A stretch of DNA of 64,000 nucleotides from NCBI GenBank assembly GCA_038087875.1, contig JAXLNO010000181.1:1-64000 (forward strand), written 5' to 3'. Within the stretch, counting starts at the first letter, position 1. Each line of letters opens with the position of its first letter. Under the pieces are notes generated by a model that saw only the letters and a list, made by a program, of their open reading frames with translations, ran no database searches and was not told where the DNA came from. Of the stretch, positions 24,700 to 35,900 are shown piece after piece. The DNA comes from Malacoraja senta. Taxonomy: Eukaryota. The position numbers and the translations under genes are program-made.

Positions 24700-27600
24700 A
24701 AGCCAAAGCCAAAGCCAAAGCCAAAGCCAAAGCCAAAGCCAAAGCCAAAGCCAAAGCCAAAGCCTAAGCCAAAGCCAAAGCCAAAGCCAAAGCCAAAGCC
24801 AAAGCCAAAGCCAAAGCCAAAGCCAAAGCCAAAGCCTAAGCCAAAGCCAAAGCCAAAGCCTAAGCCTAAGCCTAAGCCAAAGCCTAAGCCAAAGCCAAAG
24901 CCAAAGCCTAAGCCTAAGCCTAAGCCAAAGCCAAAGCCTAAGCCTAAGCCTAAGCCAAAGCCAAAGCCAAAGCCAAAGCCAAAGCCAAAGCCAAAGCCAA
25001 AGCCAAAGCCAAAGCCAAAGCCTAAGCCAAAGCCAAAGCCAAAGCCAAAGCCTAAGCCTAAGCCAAAGCCAAAGCCTAAGCCTAAGCCAAAGCCAAAGCC
25101 AAAGCCTAAGCCAAAGCCAAAGCTAAAGCCAAAGCCAAAGCCTAAGCCAAAGCCAAAGCCTAAGCCAAAGCCAAAGCCAAAGCCAAAGCCAAAGCCAAAG
25201 CCTAAGCCAAAGCCAAAGCAAAAGCCAAAGCCTAAGCCAAAGCCAAAGCCAAAGCCAAAGCCAAAGCCAAAGCCAAAGCCAAAGCCAAAGCCAAAGCCAA
25301 AGCCAAAGCCAAAGCCAAAGCCAAAGCCAAAGCCAAAGCCAAAGCCAAAGCCAAAGCCAAAGCCAAAGCCAAAGCCAAAGCCAAAGCCAAAGCCAAAGCC
25401 AAAGCCAAAGCCAAAGCCAAAGCCAAAGCCAAAGCCAAAGCCAAAGCCAAAGCCAAAGCCAAAGCCAAAGCCAAAGCCAAAGCCAAAGCCAAAGCCAAAG
25501 CCAAAGCCAAAGCCAAAGCCAAAGCCAAAGCCAAAGCCAAAGCCAAAGCCAAAGCCAAAGCCAAAGCCAAAGCCAAAGCCAAAGCCAAAGCCAAAGCCAA
25601 AGCCAAAGCCAAAGCCTAAGCCTAAGCCAAAGCCAAAGCCAAAGCCAAAGCCAAAGCCAAAGCCAAAGCCAAAGCCAAAGCCAAAGCCAAAGCCAAAGCC
25701 AAAGCCAAAGCCAAAGCCAAAGCCAAAGCCAAAGCCAAAGCCAAAGCCAAAGCCAAAGCCAAAGCCAAAGCCAAAGCAAAGCCAAAGCCAAAGCCAAAGC
25801 CAAAGCCAAAGCCAAAGCCAAAGCCAAAGCCAAAGCCAAAGCCAAAGCCAAAGCCAAAGCCAAAGCCAAAGCCAAAGCCAAAGCCAAAGCCAAAGCCAAA
25901 GCCTAAGCCTAAGCCTAAGCCTAAGCCTAAGCCTAAGCCTAAGCCTAAGCCTAAGCCTAAGCCTAAGCCTAAGCCTAAGCCTAAGCCTAAGCCTAAGCCT
26001 AAGCCTAAGCCTAAGCCTAAGCCTAAGCCTAAGCCTAAGCCTAAGCCTAAGCCTAAGCCTAAGCCTAAGCCAAAGCCAAAGCCAAAGCCAAAGCCAAAGC
26101 CAAAGCCAAAGCCAAAGCCAAAGCCAAAGCCAAAGCCAAAGCCAAAGCCAAAGCCAAAGCCTAAGCCAAAGCCAAAGCCAAAGCCAAAGCCAAAGCCAAA
26201 GCCAAAGCCAAAGCCAAAGCCAAAGCCAAAGCCTAAGCCAAAGCCAAAGCCAAAGCCTAAGCCTAAGCCTAAGCCAAAGCCTAAGCCAAAGCCAAAGCCA
26301 AAGCCTAAGCCTAAGCCTAAGCCAAAGCCAAAGCCTAAGCCTAAGCCTAAGCCAAAGCCAAAGCCAAAGCCAAAGCCAAAGCCAAAGCCAAAGCCAAAGC
26401 CAAAGCCAAAGCGAAAGCCTAAGCCAAAGCCAAAGCCAAAGCCAAAGCCTAAGCCTAAGCCAAAGCCAAAGCCTAAGCCTAAGCCAAAGCCAAAGCCAAA
26501 GCCTAAGCCAAAGCCAAAGCTAAAGCCAAAGCCAAAGCCTAAGCCAAAGCCAAAGCCTAAGCCAAAGCCAAAGCCAAAGCCTAAGCCAAAGCCAAAGCCA
26601 AAGCCAAAGCCAAAGCCAAAGCCTAAGCCAAAGCCAAAGCCAAAGCCAAAGCCAAAGCCAAAGCCTAAGCCAAAGCCAAAGCCAAAGCCAAAGCCAAAGC
26701 CAAAGCCAAAGCCAAAGCCAAAGCCAAAGCCAAAGCCAAAGCCAAAGCCAAAGCCAAAGCCAAAGCCAAAGCCAAAGCCAAAGCCAAAGCCAAAGCCAAA
26801 GCCAAAGCCAAAGCCAAAGCCAAAGCCAAAGCCAAAGCCAAAGCCAAAGCCAAAGCCAAAGCCAAAGCCAAAGCCAAAGCCAAAGCCAAAGCCAAAGCCA
26901 AAGCCAAAGCCAAAGCCAAAGCCAAAGCCTAAGCCTTAGCCTAAGCCTAAGCCTAAGCCTAAGCCTAAGCCTAAGCCTAAGCCTAAGCCTAAGCCTAAGC
27001 CTAAGCCTAAGCCTAAGCCTAAGCCTAAGCCTAAGCCTAAGTCTAAGCCTAAGCCTAAGCCTAAGCCTAAGCCTAAGCCTAAGCCTAAGCCTAAGCCTAA
27101 GCCTAAGCCTAAGCCTAAGCCTAAGCCTAAGCCTAAGCCTAAGCCTAAGCCTAAGCCTAAGCCTAAGCCTAAGCCTAAGCCTAAGCCTAAGCCAAAGCCA
27201 AAGCCAAAGCCAAAGCCAAAGCCAAAGCCAAAGCCAAAGCCAAAGCCAAAGCCAAAGCCAAAGCCAAAGCCAAAGCCAAAGCCTAAGCCTAAGCCTAAGC
27301 CTAAGCCTAAGCCTAAGCCTAAGCCTAAGCCTAAGCCTAAGCCTAAGCCTAAGCCTAAGCCTAAGCCTAAGCCTAAGCCTAAGCCTAAGCCTAAGCCTAA
27401 GCCTAAGCCTAAGCCTAAGCCTAAGCCTAAGCCTAAGCCTAAGCCTAAGCCTAAGCCTAAGCCTAAGCCTAAGCCTAAGCCTAAGCCTAAGCCTAAGCCT
27501 AAGCCTAAGCCTAAGCCTAAGCCAAAGCCAAAGCCTAAGCCAAAGCCAAAGCCAAAGCCAAAGCCAAAGCCAAAGCCTAAGCCAAAGCCAAAGCCAAAGC

Positions 27601-29950
27601 CAAAGCCAAAGCCAAAGCCAAAGCCAAAGCCAAAGCCAAAGCCAAAGCCTAAGCCAAAGCCAAAGCCAAAGCCAAAGCCTAAGCCTAAGCCAAAGCCAAA
27701 GCCTAAGCCTAAGCCAAAGCCAAAGCCAAAGCCTAAGCCAAAGCCAAAGCTAAAGCCAAAGCCAAAGCCTAAGCCAAAGCCAAAGCCTAAGCCAAAGCCA
27801 AAGCCAAAGCCAAAGCCAAAGCCAAAGCCTAAGCCAAAGCCAAAGCAAAAGCCAAAGCCTAAGCCAAAGCCAAAGCCAAAGCCAAAGCCAAAGCCAAAGC
27901 CAAAGCCAAAGCCAAAGCCAAAGCCAAAGCCAAAGCCAAAGCCAAAGCCAAAGCCAAAGCCAAAGCCAAAGCCAAAGCCAAAGCCAAAGCCAAAGCCAAA
28001 GCCAAAGCCAAAGCCAAAGCCAAAGCCAAAGCCAAAGCCAAAGCCAAAGCCAAAGCCAAAGCCAAAGCCAAAGCCAAAGCCAAAGCCAAAGCCAAAGCCA
28101 AAGCCAAAGCCAAAGCCAAAGCCAAAGCCAAAGCCAAAGCCAAAGCCAAAGCCAAAGCCAAAGCCAAAGCCAAAGCCAAAGCCAAAGCCAAAGCCAAAGC
28201 CAAAGCCAAAGCCAAAGCCAAAGCCAAAGCCAAAGCCAAAGCCTAAGCCTAAGCCAAAGCCAAAGCCAAAGCCAAAGCCAAAGCCAAAGCCAAAGCCAAA
28301 GCCAAAGCCAAAGCCAAAGCCAAAGCCAAAGCCAAAGCCAAAGCCAAAGCCAAAGCCAAAGCCAAAGCCAAAGCCAAAGCCAAAGCCAAGCAAAGCCAAA
28401 GCCAAAGCCAAAGCCAAAGCCAAAGCCAAAGCCAAAGCCAAAGCCAAAGCCAAAGCCAAAGCCAAAGCCAAAGCCAAAGCCAAAGCCAAAGCCAAAGCCA
28501 AAGCCAAAGCCAAAGCCAAAGCCAAAGCCTAAGCCTAAGCCTAAGCCTAAGCCTAAGCCTAAGCCTAAGCCTAAGCCTAAGCCTAAGCCTAAGCCTAAGC
28601 CTAAGCCTAAGCCTAAGCCTAAGCCTAAGCCTAAGCCTAAGCCTAAGCCTAAGCCTAAGCCTAAGCCTAAGCCTAAGCCTAAGCCTAAGCCTAAGCCAAA
28701 GCCAAAGCCAAAGCCAAAGCAAAGCCAAAGCCAAAGCCAAAGCCAAAGCCAAAGCAAAGCCAAAGCCAAAGCCAAAGCCAAAGCCTAAGCCAAAGCCAAA
28801 GCCAAAGCCAAAGCCAAAGCCAAAGCCAAAGCCAAACCAAAGCCAAGCCAAAGCCTAAGCCAAAGCCAAAGCCAAAGCCTAAGCCTAAGCCTAAGCCAAA
28901 GCCTAAGCCAAAGCCAAAGCAAAGCCTAAGCCTAAGCCTAAGCCAAAGCCAAAGCTAAGCCTAAGCCTAAGCCAAAGCCAAAGCCAAAGCCAAAGCCAAA
29001 GCCAAAGCCAAAGCCAAAGCCAAAGCCAAAGCGAAAGCCTAAGCCAAAGCCAAAGCCAAAGCCAAAGCCTAAGCCTAAGCCAAAGCCAAAGCCTAAGCCT
29101 AAGCCAAAGCCAAAGCCAAAGCCTAAGCCAAAGCCAAAGCTAAAGCCAAAGCCAAAGCCTAAGCCAAAGCCAAAGCCTAAGCCAAAGCCAAAGCCAAAGC
29201 CTAAGCCAAAGCCAAAGCCAAAGCCAAAGCCAAAGCCAAAGCCTAAGCCAAAGCCAAAGCCAAAGCCAAAGCAAAGCCAAAGCCTAAGCCAAAGCCAAGC
29301 CAAAGCCAAAGCCAAAGCCAAAGCCAAAGCCAAAGCCAAAGCCAAAGCCAAAGCCAAAGCCAAAGCCAAAGCCAAAGCCAAAGCCAAAGCCAAAGCAAAG
29401 CCAAAGCCAAAGCCAAAGCCAAAGCCAAAGCCAAAGCCAAAGCCAAAGCCAAAGCCAAAGCCAAAGCCAAAGCAAAGCCAAAGCCAAAGCCAAAGCCAAA
29501 GCCAAAGCCAAAGCCAAAGCCAAAGCCAAAGCCAAAGCCAAAGCCTAAGCCTTAGCCTAAGCCTAAGCCTAAGCCTAAGCCTAAGCCTAAGCCTAAGCCT
29601 AAGCCTAAGCCTAAGCCTAAGCCTAAGCCTAAGCCTAAGCCTAAGCCTAAGCCTAAGTCTAAGCCTAAGCCTAAGCTAAGCCTAAGCCTAAGCCTAAGCC
29701 TAAGCCTAAGCCTAAGCCTAAGCCTAAGCCTAAGCCTAAGCCTAAGCCTAAGCCTAAGCCTAAGCCTAAGCCTAAGCCTAAGCTAAGCCTAAGCCTAAGC
29801 CTAAGCCAAAGCCAAAGCCAAAGCCAAAGCCAAAGCCAAAGCCAAAGCCAAAGCCAAAGCCAAAGCCAAAGCCAAAGCCAAAGCCAAAGCCTAAGCCTAG
29901 CCTAAGCCTAAGCCTAAGCTAAGCCTAAGCCTAAGCCTAAGCCTAAGCCT
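24700..29950. repeat. Higher-order tandem duplication, unit about 2.62 kb
   Basis: GCTAAA 25122/27749, GCGAAA 26411/29031 and GCTAAA 26519/29139, plus GCCTTA and GTCTAA markers repeated at about the same offset. The ORF track gives identical-length pure tracts at 25232..25612 and 27859..28239. Confidence 0.9.
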
Positions 29951-32900
29951 AAGCCTAAGCCTAAGCTAAGCCTAAGCCTAAGCCTAAGCCTAAGCTAAGC
30001 TAAGCCTAAGCCTAAGCCTAAGCCTAAGCCTAAGCCTAAGCCTAAGCCTAAGCCTAAGCCTAAGCCTAAGCCTAAGCCTAAGCCTAAGCCTAAGCCTAAG
30101 CCTAAGCCTAAGCCTAAGCCTAAGCCAAAGCCAAAGCCAAAGCCAAAGCCAAAGCCAAAGCAAAGCCAAAGCAAAGCCAAAGCCAAGCCAAAGCCAAAGC
30201 AAAGCCTAAGCCAAAGCCAAAGCCTAAGCCAAAGCCAAAGCCAAAGCCTAAGCCAAAGCCAAAGCCAAAGCCAAAGCCTAAGCCTAAGCCAAAGCCAAAG
30301 CCAAAGCCAAAGCCAAAGCCAAAGCCAAAGCAAAGCCAAAGCCAAAGCCAAAGCCAAAGCCAAAGCCAAAGCCAAAGCCAAAGCAAAGCCAAAGCCAAAG
30401 CCAAAGCCAAAGCCAAAGCCAAAGCCAAAGCCAAAGCCAAGCCAAAGCCAAAGCCAAAGCCAAAGCCAAAGCCAAAGCCTAAGCCTAAGCCTAAGCCTAA
30501 GCCTAAGCCTAAGCCTAAGCCTAAGCCAAAGCCAAAGCCAAAGCCAAAGCCAAAGCCAAAGCCAAAGCCAAAGCCAAAGCCAAAGCCACAAAGCCAAAGC
30601 CAAAGCCAAAGCCAAAGCCAAAGCCAAAGCCAAAGCCAAAGCCAAAGCAAAGCCAAAGCCAAAGCCAAAGCCAAAGCCAAAGCCAAAGCAAAGCCAAAGC
30701 CAAAGCCAAAGCCAAAGCCAAAGCCAAAGCCAAAGCCAAAGCCAAAGCCAAAGCCAAAGCCAAAGCCAAAGCCAAAGCCAAAGCCAAAGCCAAAGCCAAA
30801 GCCAAAGCCAAAGCCAAAGCCAAAGCCAAAGCAAAGCCAAAGCCAAAGCCAAAGCAAAGCCAAAGCAAAGCCAAAGCCAAAGCCAAAGCCAAAGCCAAAG
30901 CCAAAGCCAAGAGCCTAAGCCTTAGCCTAAGCCTAAGCCTAAGCCTAAGCCTAAGCCTAAGCCTAAGCCTAAGCCTAGTCTAAGCCTAAGCTAAGCCTAA
31001 GCCTAAGCCTAAGCCTAAGCCTAAGCCTAAGCCTAAGCCTAAGCCTAAGCCTAAGCTAAGCCTAAGCCTAAGCCTAAGCCTAAGCCTAAGCCTAAGCCTA
31101 AGCCTAAGCCAAAGCCAAGCCAAAGCCAAGCCAAAGCCAAAGCCAAAGCCAAGCCAAAGCCAAAGCCAAAGCCAAAGCCAAAGCCAAAGCCAAAGCCTCA
31201 GCCTAAAGCCTAAGCCTAAGCCTAAGCCTAAGCCTAAGCCTAAGCCTAAGCTAAGCCTAAGCCTAAGCCTAAGCCTAAGCCTAAGCCTAAGCCTAAGCCT
31301 AAGCCTAAGCCTAAGCCTAAGCCTAAGCCTAAGCTAAGCCTAAGCCTAAGCCTAAGCCTAAGCCTAAGCCTAAGCCTAAGCCTAAGCCTAAGCCTAAGCC
31401 TAAGCCTAAGCCTAAGCCAAAGCCTAAAGCCAAAGCCAAAGCCAAAGCCAAAGCCAAAGCCAAAGCCAAAGCCAAAGCCAAAGCCAAAGCCTAAGCCAAA
31501 GCCAAAGCCTAAGCCAAAGCCAAAGCCAAAGCCTAAGCCAAAGCCAAAGCCAAAGCCAAGCCAAAGCCAAAGCCAAAGCCAAAGCCAAAGCCAAAGCCTA
31601 GCTAAGCCAAAGCCAAAGCCAAAGCCAAAGCCAAAGCCAAAGCCAAAGCCAAAGCAAAGCCAAAGCCAAAGCCAAAGCAAAGCCAAAGCCAAGCCAAAGC
31701 CAAAGCCAAAGCCAAAGCCAAAGCCAAAGCCAAAGCCAAAGCCAAAGCCAAAGCCAAAGCCAAAGCCAAAGCCAAAGCCAAAGCCAAAGCCAAAAGCCTA
31801 AGCCTAAGCCTAAGCCTAAGCCTAAGCCTAAGCCTAAGCCTAGCCTAAGCCAAAGCCAAAGCCAAAGCCAAAGCCAAAGCCAAGCCAAAGCCCCAAAGCC
31901 AAAGCCAAAGCCAAAGCCAAAGCCAAAGCCAAAGCCAAAGCCAAAGCCAAAGCCAAAGCCAAAGCCAAAGCCAAAGCCAAAGCCAAAGCCAAAGCCAAAG
32001 CCAAAGCCAAAGCCAAAGCCAAAGCCAAAGCCAAAGCCAAAGCCAAAGCCAAAGCCAAAGCCAAAGCCAAAGCAAAGCCAAAGCCAAAGCCAAAGCCAAA
32101 GCCAAAGCCAAAGCCAAAAGCCAAAGCCAAAGCCAAAGCCAAAGCCAAAGCCAAAGCCAAAGCCTAAGCCTAAGCCTAAGCCTAAGCCTAAGCCTAAGCC
32201 TAAGCCTAAGCCTAAGCCTAAGCCTAAGCCTAAGCCTAGCCTAAGCCTAAGCCTAAGCCTAAGCCTAAGCCTAAGCCTAAGCCTAAGCCTAAGCTAAGCC
32301 TAAGCCTAAGCCTAAGCCTAAGCTAAGCCTAAGCCTAAGCCAAAGCCAAAGCCAAGCCAAAGCCAAAGCCTAAGCCTAAGCCTAAGCCTAAGCCTAAGCC
32401 TAAGCCTAAGCCTAAGCCTAAGCCTAAGCCTAAGCCTAAGCCTAAGCCTAAGCCTAAGCCTAAGCCTAAGCCTAAGCCTAAGCCTAAGCCTAAGCCTAAG
32501 CCTAAGCCTAAGCCTAAGCCTAAGCCTAAGCCTAAGCCTAAACCTAAGCCTAAGCCTAAGCCTAAGCCTAAGCCTAAGCCTAAGCCTAAGCCAAAGCCAA
32601 AGCCAAAGCCAAAGCCAAAGCCAAAGCCAAAGCCAAAGCCAAAGCCAAAGCCAAAGCCAAAGCCTAAGCCTAAGCCAAAGCCAAAGCCTAAGCCAAAAGC
32701 CTAAGCCAAAGCCAAAGCCAAAGCCAAAGCCAAAGCCAAAGCCAAAGCCAAAGCCAAAGCCAAAGCCAAAGCCAAAGCCTAAGCCAAAGCCAAAGCCAAA
32801 GCCTAAGCCAAAGCCAAAGTCAAAGCCAAAGCCAAAGCCAAAGCCAAAGCCAAAGCCAAAGCCTAAGCCAAAGCCAAAGCCTAAGCCAAAGCCAAAGCCA

Positions 32901-35900
32901 AAGCCTAAGCCAAAGCTAAAGCCAAAGCCAAAGCCAAAGCCTAAGCCTAAGCCAAAGCCAAAGCCAAAGCCAAAGCCAAAGCCAAAGCCAAGCCAAAGCC
33001 AAAGCCAAAGCCAAAGCCAAAGCCAAAGCCAAAGCCAAAGCCAAAGCCAAAGCCAAAGCCAAAGCCAAAGCCAAAGCCAAAGCCAAAGCCAAAGCCAAAG
33101 CCAAAGCCAAAGCCAAAGCCAAAACCAAAGCCAAAGCCAAAGCCAAAGCCAAAGCCAAAGCCAAAGCCAAAGCCAAAGCCAAAGCCCAAAGCCAAAGCCA
33201 AAGCCAAAGCCAAAGCCAAAGCCAAAGCCAAAGCCAAAGCCAAAGCCAAAGCCAAAGCCAAAGCCAAAGCCAAAGCCAAAGCCAAAGCCAAAGCCAAAGC
33301 CAAAGCCAAAGCCAAAGCCAAAGCCAAAGCCAAAGCCAAAGCCAAAGCCAAAGCCAAAGCCAAAGCCAAAGCCAAAGCCAAAGCCAAAGCCAAAGCCAAA
33401 GCCAAAGCCAAAGCCAAAGCCAAAGCCAAAGCCAAAGCCAAAGCCAAAGCCAAAGCCAAAGCCAAAGCCAAAGCCAAAGCAAAGCCAAAGCCAAAGCCAA
33501 AGCCAAAGCCAAAGCCTAAGCCAAAGCCAAATCCAAAGCCAAAGCCAAAGCCTAAGCCAAAGCCAAAGCCAAAGCCAAAGCCAAAGCCAAAGCCAAAGCC
33601 AAAGCCAAAGCCAAAGCCAAAGCCAAAGCCAAAGCCAAAGCCAAAGCCAAAGCCAAAGCCAAAGCCAAAGCCAAAGCCAAAGCCAAAGCCAAAGCCAAAG
33701 CCAAAGCCAAAGCCAAAGCCAAAGCCAAAGCCAAAGCCAAAGCCAAAGCCAAAGCCAAAGCCAAAGCCCAAGCCAAAGCCAAAGCCAAAGCCAAAGCCTA
33801 AGCCTAAGCCTAAGCCTAAGCCTAAGCCTAAGCCTAAGCCTAAGCCTAAGCCTAAGCCTAAGCCTAAGCCTAAGCCTAAGCCAAAGCCTAAGCCTAAGCC
33901 TAAGCCAAAGCCTAAGCCTAAGCCAAAGCCAAAGCCAAAGCCAAAGCCAAAGCCAAAGCCAAAGCCAAAGCCAAAGCCAAAGCCAAAGCCAAAGCCAAAG
34001 CCAAAGCCAAAGCCAAAGCCAAAGCCAAAGCCAAAGCCAAAGCCAAAGCCAAAGCCAAAGCCAAAGCCAAAGCCAAAGCCAAAGCCAAAGCCAAAGCCAA
34101 AGCCAAAGCCAAAGCCAAAGCCAAAGCCAAAGCCAAAGCCAAAGCCAAAGCCAAAGCCAAAGCCTAAGCCTAAGCCTAAGCCTAAGCCTAAGCCTAAGCC
34201 TAAGCCTAAGCCTAAGCCTAAGCCTAAGCCTAAGCCTAAGCCTAAGCCTAAGCCTAAGCCTAAGCCTAAGCCTAAGCCTAAGCCTAAGCCTAAGCCTAAG
34301 CCTAAGCCTAAGCCTAAGCCAAAGCCAAAGCCAAAGCCAAAGCCAAAGCCAAAGCCAAAGCCAAAGCCAAAGCCAAAGCCAAAGCCAAAGCCTAAGCCAA
34401 AGCCAAAGCCAAAGCCAAAGCCAAAGCCAAGCCAAAGCCAAAGCCAAAGCCAAAGCCAAAGCCTAAGCCAAAGCCAAAGCCAAAGCCTAAGCCTAAGCCT
34501 AAGCCAAAGCCTAAGCCAAAGCCAAAGCCAAAGCCTAAGCCTAAGCCTAAGCCAAAGCCAAAGCCTAAGCCTAAGCCTAACCAAAGCCAAAGCCAAAGCC
34601 AAAGCCAAAGCCAAAGCCAAAGCCAAAGCCAAAGCCAAAGCCAAAGCCTAAGCCAAAGCCAAAGCCAAAGCCAAAGCTTAAACCTAAGCCAAAGCCAAAG
34701 CCTAAGCCTAAGCCAAAGCCAAAGCCAAAGCCTAAGCCAAAGCCAAAGCTAAAGCCAAAGCCAAAGCCTAAGCCAAAGCCAAAGCCTAAGCCAAAGCCAA
34801 AGCCAAAGCCTAAGCCAAAGCCAAAGCCAAAGCCAAAGCCAAAGCCAAAGCCAAAGCCAAAGCCAAAGCCAAAGCCAAAGCCAAAGCCAAAGCCAAAGCC
34901 AAAGCCAAAGCCAAAGCCAAAGCCAAAGCCAAAGCCAAAGCCAAAGCCAAAGCCAAAGCCAAAGCCAAAGCCAAAGCCAAAGCAAAGCCAAAGCCAAAGC
35001 CAAAGCCAAAGCCAAAGCCAAAGCCAAAGCCAAAGCCAAAGCCAAAGCCAAAGCCAAAGCCAAAGCCAAAGCCAAAGCCAAAGCCAAAGCCAAAGCCAAA
35101 GCCAAAGCCAAAGCCAAAGCCAAAGCCAAAGCCAAAGCCAAAGCCAAAGCCAAAGCCAAAGCCAAAGCAAAGCCAAAGCCAAAGCCAAAGCCAAAGCCAA
35201 AGCAAAGCCAAAGCCAAAGCCAAAGCCAAAGCCAAAGCCAAAGCCAAAGCCAAAGCCAAAGCCAAAGCCAAAGCCAAAGCCAAAGCCAAAGCCAAAGCCA
35301 AAGCCAAAGCCAAAGCCAAAGCCAAAGCCAAAGCCAAAGCCAAAGCCAAAGCCAAAGCCAAAGCCAAAGCCAAAGCCAAAGCCAAAGCCAAAGCCAAAGC
35401 CAAAGCCAAAGCCAAAGCCAAAGCCAAAGCCAAAGCCAAAGCCAAAGCCAAAGCCAAAGCCAAAGCCAAAGCCAAAGCAAAGCCAAAGCCAAAGCCAAAG
35501 CCAAAGCCAAAGCCAAAGCCAAAGCCAAAGCCAAAGCCAAAGCCAAAGCCAAAGCCAAAGCCAAAGCCAAAGCCAAAGCCAAAGCCAAAGCCAAAGCCAA
35601 AGCCAAAGCCAAAGCCAAAGCCAAAGCCAAAGCCAAAGCCAAAGCCAAAGCCAAAGCCAAAGCCTAAGCCAAAGCCAAAGCCAAAGCCAAAGCCAAAGCC
35701 AAAGCCAAAGCCAAAGCCAAAGCCAAAGCCAAAGCCAAAGCCAAAGCCAAAGCCAAAGCCAAAGCCAAAGCCAAAGCCAAAGCCAAAGCCAAAGCCAAAG
35801 CCAAAGCCAAAGCCAAAGCCAAAGCCAAAGCCAAAGCCAAAGCCAAAGCCAAAGCCAAAGCCAAAGCCAAAGCCAAAGCCAAAGCCAAAGCCAAAGCCAA

